Assembly: GCA_030295235.1 (NCBI GenBank)
Contig: AP026176.1
Coordinates: 310,001 to 374,000 of the forward strand
Source of the DNA: Fistulifera solaris
Lineage: Eukaryota
Reading direction: 5' to 3'
Length of the DNA stretch: 64,000 nucleotides
Within the stretch, counting starts at the first letter, position 1, and each line of letters opens with the position of its first letter. Positions 12,420 to 23,613 of this stretch are shown piece after piece. The notes under the pieces are model-generated. The model did not search any database. It saw only the letters and a list, made by a program, of their open reading frames with translations, and was not told where the DNA came from. The position numbers were made by a program, and so were the translations under genes.

Positions 12420-13306
12420 AGGGTTAAGTAGGCGCCATGCATGTGGAAAAAAATTACTTGTTCTTCAGGCTGACTCACGGGTTGCACCACTAGGCTTGAC
12501 GTCTCAAGCTTAAACATTGACTATCACTATAATCTTTCGGATATCCTTTCAAGTCAATAAGGTTATAGATGTTCTCGTTTTATTTTGGGTGCGGATCGCC
12601 AAACTATGGCATATTACTCCATCTTCCAACCTAAATAGCCTTTATTTTTTGAAGGATTTTTATCAAATTTTTAGGCTAAAGCCTAAGGCGCTTGGCCACT
12701 TTTGTTACACACTAGATAGAGACAAGTGTCTCGGCGTGATAGGCAGCACAGAACAGGTCTAGCTAGTAGAGCCATGATATGCTGAGCTAAAAAAAAACTA
12801 GAACGTGTTGATACAACGGGAGCCATGTACGATTTTTGCGATAGTACTTGTCGTCCGTATAAGTAACAAATGCTGCTTTCATGTTGAGTCCCATAAGGCT
12901 GTAGCATTTGAATTTTGAATCTGTTCGTTGCGCAGCCGGAAGGGCCTTGGACCACTTGACAATTATTGAGAACTGTAAATACCAGGCGTCAAAGAACGCC
13001 GTCATCAATCATCAATCATCAATCATCAATCATCACACTTCTTGACATGCAAATGCCACTGCCAGCTGCCTGTGTAACAAATTTTACAGTACGAGCACCT
13101 TTAGGCCGACACGTGAATAAAAAGGCGAGTAATGGCCTTTTTCAAGGCTCATGCTGTTGGCCTTTTACTTAAAAAGGGAAGCTGTTTGATGTCGAGGCCC
13201 TTCTGAAAACAACCTGAAAGCCTGTGGAAGCACAGCAAAAATCAGGATCGTCTCACTTTTCTCATCGTTTGTTACTTTCAAGCTAAAGCTGCAAAGAATG
13301 TTAAAC

Positions 13307-14889
13307 ATGGTATCAACTTTCTCTTTCTTCTTGTTGATGGTTTCAGCTGTCTCAGGAGTTTCCGCAGAGAGTCTGTGCACAAACGGACGACTCTTTGTTG
13401 CCGATGCAAACTCTTCATCGGTTCATTATTTTGATCTGGACGGAGAACTCGGGGCGTTGACCGCAACTGGAAAACTCCTTGACGGAATTGCTGAAATTGA
13501 AGGGCAAGCTATATACTCCGTCGGTGACAATGAGATCGCAATTGTCTACCGTGGCGTCGAGACGGCAATGTATGAAGACGGCTCCATCTACTTCTACCGA
13601 GCGGGAACAACCCTTGAATCGCACGGAGACCATGTTGATGTCCAAAAGAGCGAGCCATCTGAGTTGCAGAATGCAAAATTAATTGCGCTCGCGCGACGCA
13701 TATTGTTGAGCACGACGACAAGATCGCTGTCTTCTGTGACGGGTACTTCAACCCGGATCCAAATCAAGCTCAAGTGAACACGACTGTCTACGTCGTCGAC
13801 AAGACTCTCTTCTCGTTCACTGCTGAGCCTACCGCTATTGCGCACTCTGTTGTTCTCGCAGGAAGCCATCACGGGGTTGCTATTCCAGTCGACGATGATC
13901 ATTTGCTAGTGTCAGTTGCCCTTCCTGAACGCGTCGCGCGTGTGGAAAATAGCTCGGCATTGCCAAACGGTTTCGTGGTGCAGGACTACGATGGAAATCT
14001 CCTTCACGATTTAAATGTGGCTGATGACAAAGACCGCTCGTGTGTCGGCTTCCATGGAAGTGCTGCTGTGGAGGGCAAATTGGCGTTGGGATGTGATTCC
14101 TCACATGGAGGGATCTTGTTGGTAGACTATGAGCCAACTTCAGCCGCGTACACATCCCGATCGCTTCTCTACCCAAACGGCTTCGCCGACCACCGTGTGG
14201 GGTCCTTTCTCGAGCACCCCCGTGCGAGCCACGTTATCGGAAACTTCAATAGCGACGTGTCGTTCAACATGTTTGCCTTTGATCCATCAATCGAAAGTAT
14301 CTCGGATAACCACATGCTTTCTCTACCCGCCAAGGCATGCTCTTCGGCATATGAGCAGGCCGAAGCGAAAGTTATCTTTACTTTGCTGGCAACGGGAGTA
14401 GTCCAAATCTACAAGTTTCAGGATACTTGGGAGCTCTTGAGTCAAGTTGAAGTCATTCCAGGCATGACAGACTGCACCGCCGCGTTCATGGCAACAGGCT
14501 ATGGTCAAGCGTTTGTGTTCGAGAAAGCTGCCATGAAAATGTACGCCATTGATGCGACTGAGCTTTTGCACAGCACTCAAGACGAAGTCACAGCGACAGC
14601 CCGGGCAGATTCCACGACTGGACTTAAAGTTTCAACCACCGATTTAACGTTCATGCCCAACTCTGCTGCTGTATCTGGTGCACCGGTTGGCTATGCATGC
14701 GTTGCGGAAGAACACCATGATCACTCGGCGCCCGCTGCAGCCCCGACGGCATCTGGTGGTAATGCTCCCACGACACCTGAAAACAGTGCTCCCGTGGCCA
14801 GCGGAAGCACCAATAACGAATCGTTTGCAAACCACGTCGGTGCAGGGATGTTCGTGTCGGCGCTCTGCGTTGTAGCCATGATAATCTGA
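13307..14889 (+). CDS. Secreted, probably GPI-anchored AztD-like (zinc metallochaperone, beta-propeller) protein; 1-bp frameshift at ~13680
   Basis: Signal MVSTFSFFLLMVSAVSGVSA, then ESHGDHVD, THIVEHDDKIAVFCDG, GSHHGVAIP, CVGFHGSA, LGCD and EEHHDH. A P/A/T linker precedes the terminal hydrophobic segment. Restoring one T joins ORFs 13298 and 13774. Confidence 0.72.
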
Positions 14890-15089
14890 GTTTAAGATAT
14901 TAGTATACGTTGACAATATGAATGTGAATCGTTGGCAAGTAGCTTTCGACCGTAAACAGTCATTTTTTGACAGTGATGGATGAGTCGCACAATACTGTAA
15001 AACAATTTTGCTCCTTTGCGTTATAAGCATGCCCAAATACGCCTTGTGATCCCATCATCATTTTCTAATCGAGTGCCTTCAAACCATCA

Positions 15090-16601
15090 CTAAAGATCGT
15101 TAAAAACCCACCATTCTTTTCTGAATGTGTATTGCTGTGTAGATGTTGTCACAAGGTGTGTCGCATTTCTCTTCGTGCTCGGCCTTCCGTTGCGCTTGCT
15201 GCTTTTCTTGCTCGTGCTACTTCTTTCCCTAGTAATGGGTATTTCGTTTTGAAGACTTTCGCTCTTTTTCCCTCTCGACCGCTTTGTTTTGTTTGAATTG
15301 TCTTCTCCGCTATCAGCACTTGCACGTTTGTCTGCACTATCCTTGTTGCTGTGAGTCTTTGTACGACTTGTCTGACTGGCATGTTTTCCACTCCTTTCGT
15401 TACGCTTCTTTGCACTCGAGAATCTACGCGGCGATCGGAACGATGGTTGTATGGCAGGTTGAAGGGGAGACGCAGCGGGAGGGTCGTCCGGCGGTGTCAA
15501 AGAGGGGGCCGTATCGTGCGGCGGTGTCACAGAAGGGACTGTACCGTTCGGTGGAGTCAAAGAGGGTGCTACCGGCGCAATGGGAGCATTGGGAGGATCG
15601 TTCGGCGGAGCCAAGGGCGCAGCAATTGGTGAAATTGGAGCATTTGTTGTTGATTCGACCGGAGACAGCGGTATTGGAGAACTCGTAGCAACGGGTAGAT
15701 CAATCGGAGCGACCGAAGGAGCCAGTGATTGATTAGGAGCTGTTGTACCACAGCTGCTGGGTGGATTCGATGACAATTCACAAATTCCAGCTTCAATAAA
15801 CTCGGTATATTTTGTCACGTCGGTGTAAATCTGCGGCGCAATCGACATGCAACTTTCCGTAAAAGAGAATATTCCATACTGTATATCTTCGGTAGCATGA
15901 ATCAATGGACCGCCTTCATCGTCGAAACACGATCCTATCGCAGCTGTTACACTCCCCGCACATATTTGTGAGTTCGAATCCAATCGTTCGGAATACACAT
16001 TAATACATTCATCAAAATCCAAAACATTGATTTGCGCCTCCAGAAGCAAAGCGGAAAATTCGGTATCATTGAACAGCCCAAAACCCATCACCCGAAGTGG
16101 TTCATTGACCGCCGGTCGTGAAGTTGTCGCTATTGTCACAGTCGGTTCTGTTCGAGGTGCATCAATTTTGACCAGCATGATATCGTTTGCCCTGGATATT
16201 TCGTTGAATTCCGGGTGTTGTAGCCGTTCTGTCGCAATAAGCTGCGTTCCACTTTTCCATTGAACGCTTCCAATATAAGGGTTTGCAGTTTGAGCCGCCG
16301 GACAACTTGCGACTGTTAGTATGATATCATCGTGAATCAAAGTGCCTCCACAGGTACTGTCATCATCCCCGGGAAAATGCACAAAATATGGATACGTCAA
16401 GTTATCCGCCACCGGAGTTCCTCCAATAATATTCGGAAGAACGAAACCTGCAGCTGGCTCAACATCCGGTTGAAACCGGAAGACGGAATCGGTCTGACCC
16501 GCGCGAGGTGCCGTATTCACAGACGGCCTTCGAAATACATTCGGTCGAAGAGACGAACGAGGCCTGTTCTTTATTACTGGCGGAGTAATCAAGGGAAGCA
16601 T
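15090..16601 (-). CDS. Trypsin-like (S1) serine-protease homolog with broken catalytic triad, Pro-rich repeats and basic tail; N-terminus uncertain
   Basis: IIGG, CGGTLIHDDIILTVASC, NDIMLVK, QICAG and SCFDDEGGPL, followed by APSLTPP-like repeats. Confidence 0.8.
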   Translation of the reverse strand: MLPLITPPVIKNRPRSSLRPNVFRRPSVNTAPRAGQTDSVFRFQPDVEPAAGFVLPNIIGGTPVADNLTYPYFVHFPGDDDSTCGGTLIHDDIILTVASCPAAQTANPYIGSVQWKSGTQLIATERLQHPEFNEISRANDIMLVKIDAPRTEPTVTIATTSRPAVNEPLRVMGFGLFNDTEFSALLLEAQINVLDFDECINVYSERLDSNSQICAGSVTAAIGSCFDDEGGPLIHATEDIQYGIFSFTESCMSIAPQIYTDVTKYTEFIEAGICELSSNPPSSCGTTAPNQSLAPSVAPIDLPVATSSPIPLSPVESTTNAPISPIAAPLAPPNDPPNAPIAPVAPSLTPPNGTVPSVTPPHDTAPSLTPPDDPPAASPLQPAIQPSFRSPRRFSSAKKRNERSGKHASQTSRTKTHSNKDSADKRASADSGEDNSNKTKRSRGKKSESLQNEIPITRERSSTSKKSSKRNGRPSTKRNATHLVTTSTQQYTFRKEWWVFNDL

Positions 16602-17013
16602 TTGAAAGCTGTTGTAAAGGAAACATGATTGGTGTTGCCATTTGACGCAGGGGTCGATCAAACAAGGAGGACTTTCGTGTCTTTCATAAATGGAATGCCG
16701 ATGACTTTGTAGGAAACGCCAAAATATTGGCGTCGATGCCCACTGTGCGGGAAGCGGGCGGGCGCGGCAAAACCATTTTAAGTGTCAGTACCGATGCGGC
16801 AATAGAATCACTCGTGAATGAGTGTTATGACTGACTCTGAGGTGACGTACGACGACGGCGCACTTTTTTCCATCCATTCGTTTGCCCACGTTGTTGCACG
16901 TCTCCACGTTTGCTTTTCTGTCGCGACGAATCGGAGATTCAAACCAACAAACAAAGGACATTAAGCTATTGACCGCCTTTGTTCTATCCTAAATATATCT
17001 TTTCGTTCCAATT

Positions 17014-18594
17014 ATGTCTTCTGTTACTTACAGCAGCACGCGCGGCGGCTCAAAGAAGCTTGACTTCCGTACCGTCGTCATGCAAGGATTAGCCCACGAT
17101 CGTGGTTTGTTTGTTCCAGATGAAATACCGACGGTGTCTGCGGAAGAACTGGCGGCTTGGCGCGATCTCAGCTATCCGGATTTGTCGGTGCAGATATTTC
17201 GAAAATTTGTCAAAGAAGATCAAGTGCCTCTGTCGGTGCTTAAAGACATTATTCACCGATCCTGTGCGGCATTTCGCCATCCGGACGTTACGCCTGTCAT
17301 TCAAGTCAACGGTCATGCCGTGTTGGTGCGTCTATGTTGCGTTTTTTTCAAAACCATGTCTTTACGTTCCATTCCTCATGAAACTTTTGTCGCTCTCTTG
17401 CTTATTAGGAACTGTTTCATGGACCGACATTAGCGTTCAAAGATGTTGCTTTGCAAATGTTAGGAAACTTCTTTGAATATTTCCTAGATACAGGCTCCAA
17501 TGGTGGACAGTTGACTGTATTGGGAGCTACATCCGGTGATACAGGAAGTGCAGCAATCGCTGGTTTGCGAGGCAAGCGAGGCGTTTCTTGTATTATCCTC
17601 TATCCACACGGTCGGGTCAGTCACCGTCAGGAACTGCAAATGATCACGGTTCCCGATGAGAATGTGTTTGCGGTGGCGGTCAAAGACGCTACCTTTGATG
17701 ATTGCCAAGATTTTGTCAAGGCATCGTTCAATACACCCGCATTCCGTGACAAAGTTCATTTGGGGGCCGTAAATTCCATCAATTGGTGCCGCGTCTTGGC
17801 GCAGACGACGTACTATTACTGGAGTTACTTCCGAGTCACTTCCTCGAATGCGGAAACTGCCAGTTTCTCTGTACCGACGGGAAACTTTGGTGACATTTTA
17901 GCGGGCTTTTACTCCAAGCAAATGGGGTTGCCCGTGGATAAGCTAGTCGTTGCGACTAACGAGAATGACATTCTTCATCGTTTTTCACCACCGGCAAATA
18001 CGAAAGAGAATCGATCCAAGAGACAATCAGTCCTTCTATGGATATCTGCGTATCCAGTAACTTTGAAAGGTATCTGTTCTGGTTGACGGGTAATGACCCT
18101 GCAAAATTGAAGCAATGGATGACCGACTTTGAGAAAACGAACGCACTATCCGTCAGCCCTGCCGAACTCCGTCAGGCGCAGGGAGATTTTTGTCGTCACG
18201 GGTTAACACCGACGAAACCATCCGTGTCATTGGAGACTATCATAAATCGCACAACTATCTGTTGTGTCCACATTCCGCAGTCGGCGTGAAGGCGATTCAC
18301 AACCTGAAATTGGTGTCACCACGAACCGTGTGCCTCGCCACAGCCGACCAAGGAAAGTTTCCCGACGCCGTTCGCCGCGCCGTGCAGGATCCTCCCACAC
18401 CCGACGAGATCCAAGCTCTGGAAAAACTTCCCATTCGTCGTTTCGAGTTGGCGAAAGACCTCAAGAAAGTGCAAAACTTTGTGGAGTCTCGTGTCAGCGG
18501 CAACAAAAAGTCGTTTGTTTCGGAACATTCGCTTCTTTTGACTGCGATTGCCGTTTCGGTTCTGGCAGTGGCGTTTCAATTGCGCAAGAGATAA
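17014..18594 (+). CDS. THR4: Threonine synthase; intron 17326-17408; frameshifts in T-runs at ~17982 and ~18188
   Basis: YSSTRG, ELFHGPTLAFKD (PLP Lys), ATSGDTGSAA, NSINWCR, VPTGNFG, MDICVSSNFERYL and CPHSAVG. Confidence 0.93.
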
Positions 18595-18648
18595 ATGACG
18601 ATTTATAAAATGCTATATCATATGTTCTGGGCTTTATATCGTTTCTTA

Positions 18649-18906
18649 TTATACAGTATGTACAAGCACATTTGCGGCATCCATCATTTGTTCTAGAATG
18701 CTTTCACCCGTCAAAACTTCTTCCGCCAAAAACAATACGGAACCCACCATAGCGACTCTTCCCACCGCAATTTCGACAGTGTCAGAAACTTCCGTTCGTT
18801 CCTTGCGTGGCATATCCTTCCACGTTGTGGGCTTGGTGGGCGTCGAAAATGCTCCTATCTGGCTCAGCAAGCATGAGAGAACCACAAAAATGCTGAGCAG
18901 AGACAT
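18649..18906 (-). CDS. Plastid-targeted one-helix LHC-like (OHP/HLIP/SEP-like) protein
   Basis: Signal peptide ending IGA|FS, followed by the chlorophyll-binding-like helix EIAVGRVAMVG...EVLTGES. Confidence 0.65.
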   Translation of the reverse strand: MSLLSIFVVLSCLLSQIGAFSTPTKPTTWKDMPRKERTEVSDTVEIAVGRVAMVGSVLFLAEEVLTGESILEQMMDAANVLVHTV

Positions 18907-19313
18907 TTGTTTGCTTCCTTTGTTCTGAGACTGAATATGAATGAACTTGCGAGAAGGAAGAAGATGAGAAATGATGATGATGTGTTCCGATAAAACAGTC
19001 GATGGCGTGGTTTTTTACCTTTCTCGTTTTTTGTTCTTCTCACCTCAGGCGGCCGCTGACGTCACTTCCGGCACAACACGGACGATGTCAGGCACGAGGA
19101 ACGCTTTCTGTCATTGCTGAGACTTCGTGAGAGGGGGTTACTGGTATGGTACTGTAGTATCTGTCGTCTGTCGTTATGTCTTCAGTCCCGAACTAACATG
19201 ATTCGATCTTACCTGTTTACTAAAGGTGGCACTGCCGCGGGGCTCGACTGCCAAGAAAATCGGTTGTTGTTACACAACTTTATTATCACAACGAAATAAT
19301 AACAACAATCACC

Positions 19314-19814
19314 ATGGTAAGAGATCCTTTGTGATCCGCCTACCCGTCTACATGAGAGGGCTTACGCTCTCTCATGTCAGTGCGGGGGCCTTTCATCTTG
19401 TTGCATGCATACACCCGTCGAATCCAATCTGACTCTCCGCATTACTCTCATTTACAGGTCAAGGGAAAGAAAACCGGAGGCTCCAAATTTGTCATTGACT
19501 GCAGTGCACCTGTAGAGGACAAAGTCTTGGATGTCGCGCAATTCGAGAAATACTTGCACGACCGCATTAAGATCAACAACAAGACCGGTCAATTGGCGCA
19601 AGCCGGTGTCGTGATCACCCGTGATCGCACCAAATTGACGGTCGCTGCTCCGGCGGATCTGGCCTTTTCGAAACGTCAATTGAAGTACTTGAGCAAGCGT
19701 TATTTGAAGAAACTGCAGCTAAAGAACTTTTTGCGTGTGGTGGCAGCTTCCAAAAACTCGTACGAAATGCGATACTACAGCATCGCCGGCGGTGACGCTG
19801 AGGAAGAAGAATAA
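19314..19814 (+). CDS. RPL22: 60S ribosomal protein eL22; first coding exon is the ATG only, intron 19317-19457
   Basis: KFVIDCSAPVED, LHDRIK, FSKRQLKYLSKRYLKK, LRVVA and an acidic tail. Splice sites ATG|gtaag and tttacag|GTC. Confidence 0.95.
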
Positions 19815-20063
19815 ACTAGAAAGCAATCCTATTTTATGTCAAACTCTTGTTCTGTAAACCATACATAATTGCACTTAGTCTACTGATCACGTCAATCATA
19901 CAGCTATTCGACAACTCTAGCTATCATGCACTAAGCTAAGCCGTAGTGAGCCAGTGTCAATTTATCTATTACCATGGTTAGATTAGCAAAATTGTATAGA
20001 GCTTGAAGGGCCCCAAGGCAGTAATATACATAGTATACAGGAGCATCTTAGGTCGAATGACGC

Positions 20064-21105
20064 TCAAACCTCGATGCTGGGAAGAGGTGGGTTTTTGTGC
20101 AAAGTCTGCAACTGTCGTGCCGTGATCATTAGTCCGCGTAGGAGTGGAAGAACACTGATGAAAATGATAATCGACACGACAATGGCGGCTATTGAGTCAG
20201 CCACAGCACCATCTATGCTCGAAACTAAGGTTGCAATTATGGCAGCAACGAGAACGGCTGTGGATCGCATAGTATCAGCGCAAACGTGCTGTAGTAGTTC
20301 AAAGAGAGCGTGTGTAAGAGGATGATACTCAGTACTCATTTTACAAGCTACTTCGGCAGGAAGAACTCACCGTCCATGCACTGCACATGTTCAAATTCAC
20401 CAGCTCAATATCATCGTTCTCGTCATAGACAACTCGTTTATCGGAATGCAGCAGACTTGACGACTCGTTGACTGTTTCCTCAGGATAACCCATTTCCACC
20501 GTTCGCTTGCGCTGAGATGCTTTTATTATATCAAGTCCATAGATTGAATTCGCTTGAGCAAAACAAGTGACATTCACAATATCTAGTAGAAGATTTGCTC
20601 CTGAAAACGAAAGCATAATGGGTACCGACACGTCGTCTTCTTCGTCGGCAGTCGATGATCCGAAAAGTGTAGAGAATGCCTCGTTCAGCGTCATGACTGT
20701 AACCGCAATCAATGTCATGATACTCAAAGCAGGCGGAATCAGCTCGAGATAAAGTCTTTGTAGTTCTCTTCCGTAAGTTCTTTGTTTCGCGGGTAACTCC
20801 AATTCGCTTGCGGAAAAAGGCCGTGTTTTAATCCGCTCCGCCATCAAATTAAACAAATAAGTCAAAGCGTCCACAGACATTGCTTCCGAATCCGCGAGCA
20901 TCGCTTGGCTGTTCGCAATCAAGGCAAAGACGGCTTGGATGAGTAAAAAGCCGACGAAACTCAAAAACGCCACGTTTAGCACATATTCGTTCGACAGACT
21001 GTCCGCATCGTCCGAAGGCTTCTTCTCCGTTACAAAGCTGTTGTTTTCACTCCCTTCGTCATCGGCAATGCTGCCAAAGGATCGTTCGACTTCTCTCGGT
21101 GCCAT
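20064..21105 (-). CDS. Cation diffusion facilitator transporter, paralog 2; intron 20289-20370
   Basis: NEYVLNVAFLSF, ANSQAMLADSEAMSVDALTYLFN, RLYLELIPP and NLNMCSAWT|HVCADTMRS. Clearly homologous to 8347-9401. Confidence 0.85.
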
Positions 21106-21567
21106 TTTTCAGAAGAAGAAGGGAAAAAAAAATAGGAATGACAACGACGTTCGTGCAAATGCCCGATGCGCCAATAATTTGTGTTCTTCGTTGTTTATCA
21201 TTGCACGAGACACGAGACACATTGCGGTTTTATGGGACGGGAAACGAACCGCCACGCGCCGACAGTAGCACGCGACTTCAACTTTGTCTGACGTCGAGAG
21301 ACGTGTACAAATTCACCATAAGTGATGATCGCGGGAAAACGTCATGGGATAATTACATAAAGGTTTTAGTACCGTTTCATGGGACCGGCGCGTGCTCGGC
21401 ACACGAACTCCAATCGTACGCGGATGGATTGTTGCACTCGTGACTGAAGATTCACCGAAACTAGAGTGAAACGAGATACTCGGTATCGTTGTGCACAATT
21501 GCTATTCATTGGAAAAGGGACGGTCTAGGGAGCTGGATGTGAGCATAGACGGTTACAAAGGGAAAAG

Positions 21568-22533
21568 TTATCTTCGATCTGCTAAGCCCGGCTGATAAAC
21601 ATTTGCTTCCCAAAAGTCTCGTTTTTGCTCGTACGTGAATTTCGCCGCCGCTGGACTCACACTGATCGCGGAAACAATTGTGATACGCGGTTCAGTTTCT
21701 CGCAAAAGAGTCCTAGGTCGAACAAATTTGCCGAACGCCCGTTGAGAAAACTCATCCTTTCCAGCCTGGAATACTCCTGAGGCTAACCAATCTTTAAAAT
21801 ATTTTTTGAAAAGAGCCGCTGTTGTGCTACCATTTGCAAGAACGATTCGTCGAATACTAGGGTGCTCGTCACAAAATTCGCGGATAGGATTCACAACTTC
21901 ATTGCGTATGTTCTGGTCTAGAGATCCCTTTCGTTCACAAGAATGTACAACGTCCCATAAACAAAAGCCATTCGCTAGCAATAAATTCATTTGCTCCTCG
22001 TAAGGCAATACATTTTCGTATCGGAGCGACTTTGCCAATGCATAGGGCTGACCCGAGCTGGGTGACATCCCTGTATCGCGTCGGAACCCCAAGCAATCGC
22101 CAGCAATCCACCAGAAAGCACTTCGAAACAAAAATGCAGTTAGGTGAGCGATTCGACTTTGCCTTATACCGTAAGACACTTAATATTTTACTCACTTGAC
22201 AGGATGAGCGTAATATTGCTGTTGTTTCAACGAAGTCGTCGATGGGTGTGTACCCAGAATAAGAGTATGTGGAACAATATTCGGCAATGAATCGACCTGT
22301 CCAGCCCACATGGCGGAAAAGGACGACGATCGAGTCACTTGTCCTTCTGACTTTGCTTCCTCTTTCAATTTCTTGTTTTTGTTCGAAAAGTATTTGGATT
22401 CACTGGCATTGTTCGTCCCAGATGCTTGTCTTTTGGCAGTGCTCCGAGAAGACGATGCGCTCAAGGCAGCCGCCTCCTGGGAAAGCGTAAGATACGCTGC
22501 TGCACATAACATGCCGCTTCTCCTTTTCGGCAT
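21568..22533 (-). CDS. Uracil-DNA glycosylase superfamily, family-6-like (hypoxanthine/deoxyinosine DNA glycosylase); intron 22121-22195
   Basis: LILGTHPSTTSLKQQQYYAHPVNAFW (the Asn codon is split by the intron), LWDVVHSCERKGSLD, ANG and SVSPA. Confidence 0.8.
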
Positions 22534-22800
22534 TTCTTATAGTGTGTAGCACCAAGTTAGTTGAAGACTTATAACGTTTGACGTTTGTTTGTTAATAAAA
22601 ATGGTCGTCTCTTTTGTGTCCAGCTCGACAAAAGAAAAATGAGGGATGCGAGCAGCGACTGACGTACAGGCGGTCGCGCCTTTTCTTCGCGATCTAACGT
22701 TGTATAGCGAGACAGAAGAGAAGCAAAAGCACGACGAACCTAAATGGAATATCTCTATTGATTCATATTGATACAAGTTATTCAGCTTTAAGTGATCGTA

Positions 22801-23613
22801 CTAGCTGTAAACAACACTGTGATGGCATAAATTAGGGTGACATCGAATAAAATGATAGATGATTTCGACGTTCGACCGGCGACATGCGTATTCAAACACC
22901 GACAATCCCTCTCCAATTTTTCGAGCCGGATCAGCACCGCAATTCAATAAAAGACCCACCAGTTCCGAGTTCCCTAATGTCACAGCCACGTAAAGAGGAA
23001 AGTTCCCTTTTTTGTCGGTTGTCTCGACGTTAATGTTTTTTTTCTCAAGTAGCGACCTATAGACTTTAGAATACCTTCTCGATCTAGAAGCAAGTAGTAA
23101 GGGAGCCTGTCCAGCTGAGTCAATGGCATTGATGTCTACGTTTGGCTGAGAGACTAATACTTGCGCTGCCATCGAGTGTTTGAGGTGCAGTGCCAGTAGT
23201 AGAAAGGATGAGCCGGTTATGATACTACGTTCATGCTGCACCGTACGCATCAAATGAACGTGGACGTGCGAGGGTGAGTACCAACACACTGGTAGATTGA
23301 TATCCGTACCGTTTTCGATCAACACCTTGATCATTTTGATATTGTTACTGATGATCGCCGCATACAAGGGTGTCTTGCCATCCAAATTTCGTTGATTGGG
23401 GAGCGCACCCTGACGCAAAAGAAGTTGCGCAGTGTCTACGTCACCACAACAAACCGCATGGAACAACGGCGCATTCCCATTGGCATCACAATGATTCGTG
23501 TTAACACCCTGTTCGAGCAGAACTTGAATCAAATCTTTTCGTTGCGAGATACAAGCGTCCAGGAGAACCTCCGATGTCATGAATTCCGGATTATTCAGCA
23601 AAGTCTCACTCAT
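22801..23613 (-). CDS. Ankyrin-repeat protein
   Basis: Repeated G-x-(T/A/F)PL...A...G...LL..GA units: GNAPLFHA, GKTPLYAA, GQAPLLLA, GNFPLYVA. Confidence 0.88.
   Translation of the reverse strand: MSETLLNNPEFMTSEVLLDACISQRKDLIQVLLEQGVNTNHCDANGNAPLFHAVCCGDVDTAQLLLRQGALPNQRNLDGKTPLYAAIISNNIKMIKVLIENGTDINLPVCWYSPSHVHVHLMRTVQHERSIITGSSFLLLALHLKHSMAAQVLVSQPNVDINAIDSAGQAPLLLASRSRRYSKVYRSLLEKKNINVETTDKKGNFPLYVAVTLGNSELVGLLLNCGADPARKIGEGLSVFEYACRRSNVEIIYHFIRCHPNLCHHSVVYS

Noticed and set aside
11500..13200. Short ORFs (12323-12517, 12683-12955, 12787-13008) as a transposase or gene relic
   Set aside because: Fragmentary, with no catalytic motif I can identify.
13307..14889. Bacterial contamination as the source of the AztD-like gene
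   Set aside because: It is embedded among intron-containing genes, has a eukaryote-style GPI-like tail, and has no operon partners (no aztABC). A chimeric join can only be fully excluded with reads.
6805..22533. Fpg plus UDG-family gene as a DNA-repair cluster
   Set aside because: They are about 14 kb apart with many unrelated genes between, which is compatible with chance.
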